Source: Parasphingorhabdus sp.
Lineage (GTDB): Bacteria > Pseudomonadota > Gammaproteobacteria > Arenicellales > CAJQKF01
Assembly (NCBI GenBank): GCA_047615875.1
Contig: JBLHGU010000002.1
Location: forward strand, 649 to 64,648
Direction of reading: 5' to 3'
DNA: 64,000 nt
The position numbers and the translations under genes were made by a program. Positions within the stretch are counted from its first letter, which is position 1. Each line of letters starts with the position of its first letter. Shown piece after piece: positions 62,099 to 64,000 of the stretch. Under the pieces are notes generated by a model. It had not been told where the DNA came from. It ran no database searches and saw only the letters and a list, made by a program, of their open reading frames with translations.

Positions 62099-64000
62099 CT
62101 AATTTCGCCCGAGCATTTCCCGAATGCCCGCCAAATGAGCTTTTCCGGTCTGACGTTCTTCCGCCGCATCGGCTTGATTTGGACGTCTCCAATCCAAATC
62201 ATCCTGAGGCAATTCTTCCAGAAAGCGGCTGGGCTCACCCACCAATAATTCACCGAACCGTCTACGTGTCATGCAAAGAGTCAGGCAAAGGTTCTTCTTG
62301 GCTCGGGTAATGCCGACATAAAATAGTCGTCGCTCTTCCTCAATGCCATCCTTGCCCTGGCTATTCTGATGAGGAAGAATGCCCTCTTCAACACCGACTA
62401 TAAAAACATGATTGAATTCCAGACCTTTGGCGGCATGCATGGTCATTAAACTAACCTGATTGTTATTGTCGTCATCCTCCTGCCTATCCAGCATGTCGGT
62501 CAGGCATAGACGGCGAACAATATCTCCCAGATCACCCCCTTCACCGCCTTTTGCCATACGACCGATCCATTGTTTTAGGTCCAGGACATTTTTCCAACGA
62601 CGTTCGGCCTGCTCAGGGCTGTCGCACTGATCATCCAGCCAACCGCGATAACCGATCTCTTCCAGTAGATCATCCATTATTTCCTCGGCACCAGCTCGTT
62701 CAGCCCAATCCTGAAACTTAATCAAAGTGTTGGAGAATTCTCGTAAGCTCTGCCCCTGGCGCTTACCTATATAGTGTTCTAAACCGTCCAGGTGAATTAC
62801 CTGTGAAATTGAAACGCTATTTTTGGTTGCCTGTAGCGCCACTTTCTCCAGCGTTGCGGCACCAATACCACGACGCGGTGTATTAATAATTCTCATCAAT
62901 GAGCTATCGTCAACCGGATTGGCCACCAACTTAAGATAAGCCAACACATCTCTTATCTCGCTCCGATCAAAAAAGGATCGCCCACCAGATAGTTTGTAAG
63001 GAATCTGCATTTCCATCAATTTTTGCTCAATGATGCGAGCCTGATGATTACTTCGATACAAAATGGCAAAGTCCGACAATTCTGAACGTTTCTGAAAACG
63101 CTGGGTCATTAACTCAGAAACCACCTTTTCCGCCTCCTTAACCTCATTAGGACACGAATAAACTCGTACCGGATCGCCATAACCCAACTCACTCCAGAGG
63201 TTTTTTTCAAATGGTCGTGGATTGTTTTTTATCAATCCATTGGCAAGCTTTAATATTCTGCCCATGGAACGGTAATTTTGATCGAGGGTTATTTGTTCTA
63301 AATCAGGAAAGTCGACGGCGAGTTGAAACAAATTTTCGGGCATGGCACCACGCCACGCATAAATAGATTGGTCATCATCACCTACAACAGTAAGGCCTGC
63401 GCCAGATCCGGTTAATAACTTGACCAAATCATATTGGGATGCATTGGTATCCTGATATTCATCCACCAGCAGGTAGTGCACTCGCTGCCGCCAGCGGTTT
63501 AATACATCTGATTGAGATGCCAATAACTGTCTAGGGATGGAGATAAGATCGTCCAGATCTATTGCATTACAGGCTTTTAGGTATCTTTGGTAGCCTTCGT
63601 AAAGCTTCATCAGAGGCAAGGATGAATCCAACTCGCCGGCTTCTAAACTGGATTGACTCTTTATGGTTGAAATAGCCGCCTGTAATTTCTCGGCCTGGCC
63701 CGCGTCTTCATTAAAGTCTCTTTGCAGTAAATCTCGCAAAACCGACAGCGCATCAGCAGGATCAACGATACTGAAGTTACTGGTAAGTCCGAGATTGCTG
63801 CACTCTTTACGGATTATTCGCATGCCAAGGCTGTGGAACGTCGAAATGGTGAGTTTCTTGCTTAACTGCTTGTCCACAATCTCATTGGCCACCCGCTGTT
63901 TCATTTCTCGAGCGGCCTTATTGGTAAACGTCACAGCAAAGATATTTTCAGCTGGGACCTTTTGTTGCTCAACCAACCAGGCTATTCGGCGGGTAATTAC
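62099..64000 (-). CDS. rep: UvrD/Rep-family DNA helicase (5' end outside window)
   Basis: TFTNKAAREM, DEYQDTN, VGDDDQSIY, TMHAAKGLE, EERRLFYVG; short Rep-like C-terminus. Confidence 0.88.
   Translation of the reverse strand, partial: VITRRIAWLVEQQKVPAENIFAVTFTNKAAREMKQRVANEIVDKQLSKKLTISTFHSLGMRIIRKECSNLGLTSNFSIVDPADALSVLRDLLQRDFNEDAGQAEKLQAAISTIKSQSSLEAGELDSSLPLMKLYEGYQRYLKACNAIDLDDLISIPRQLLASQSDVLNRWRQRVHYLLVDEYQDTNASQYDLVKLLTGSGAGLTVVGDDDQSIYAWRGAMPENLFQLAVDFPDLEQITLDQNYRSMGRILKLANGLIKNNPRPFEKNLWSELGYGDPVRVYSCPNEVKEAEKVVSELMTQRFQKRSELSDFAILYRSNHQARIIEQKLMEMQIPYKLSGGRSFFDRSEIRDVLAYLKLVANPVDDSSLMRIINTPRRGIGAATLEKVALQATKNSVSISQVIHLDGLEHYIGKRQGQSLREFSNTLIKFQDWAERAGAEEIMDDLLEEIGYRGWLDDQCDSPEQAERRWKNVLDLKQWIGRMAKGGEGGDLGDIVRRLCLTDMLDRQEDDDNNNQVSLMTMHAAKGLEFNHVFIVGVEEGILPHQNSQGKDGIEEERRLFYVGITRAKKNLCLTLCMTRRRFGELLVGEPSRFLEELPQDDLDWRRPNQADAAEERQTGKAHLAGIREMLGRN

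Overview
This is mostly core chromosome of a gammaproteobacterium. Housekeeping blocks, in order: trpE-gph-rpe; lnt-corC-ybeY-phoH-miaB; iscR-sufBCDS-sufT-Rieske ferredoxin; tRNA-Met, ychF-pth-rplY-prs-tRNA-Gln-ispE-lolB-TPR; hemA-prfA-prmC; msrA; dacB; gltA; xni; petABC-sspAB-hslVU; rep. Two accessory regions stand out. (1) At ~20.0-26.2 kb, just downstream of tRNA-Met and with no integrase, lies an islet with a pilin-like fusion gene and two Gly/Ser/Asn-rich beta-solenoid-like surface proteins, one lacking its N-terminus. It also holds a RAYT/IS200-like HUH transposase bounded by inverted GGGTCGGACC motifs, IHF-like boxes and stuttered end repeats, plus a second truncated allele of the transposase in tandem. 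(2) At 39.6-45.2 kb is a tightly coupled five-gene operon: YvcK/CofD-like domain fused to a degenerate GT2, HAD enzyme, GlmU-like nucleotidyltransferase, DPM1-like GT2 and a GT-C-type membrane glycosyltransferase. It looks like a self-contained, uncharacterised sugar activation and lipid-carrier glycosylation pathway. An internally deleted SRPBCC pseudogene missed by the ORF track was also found. All family calls come from motif recognition by eye; no database searches were run.
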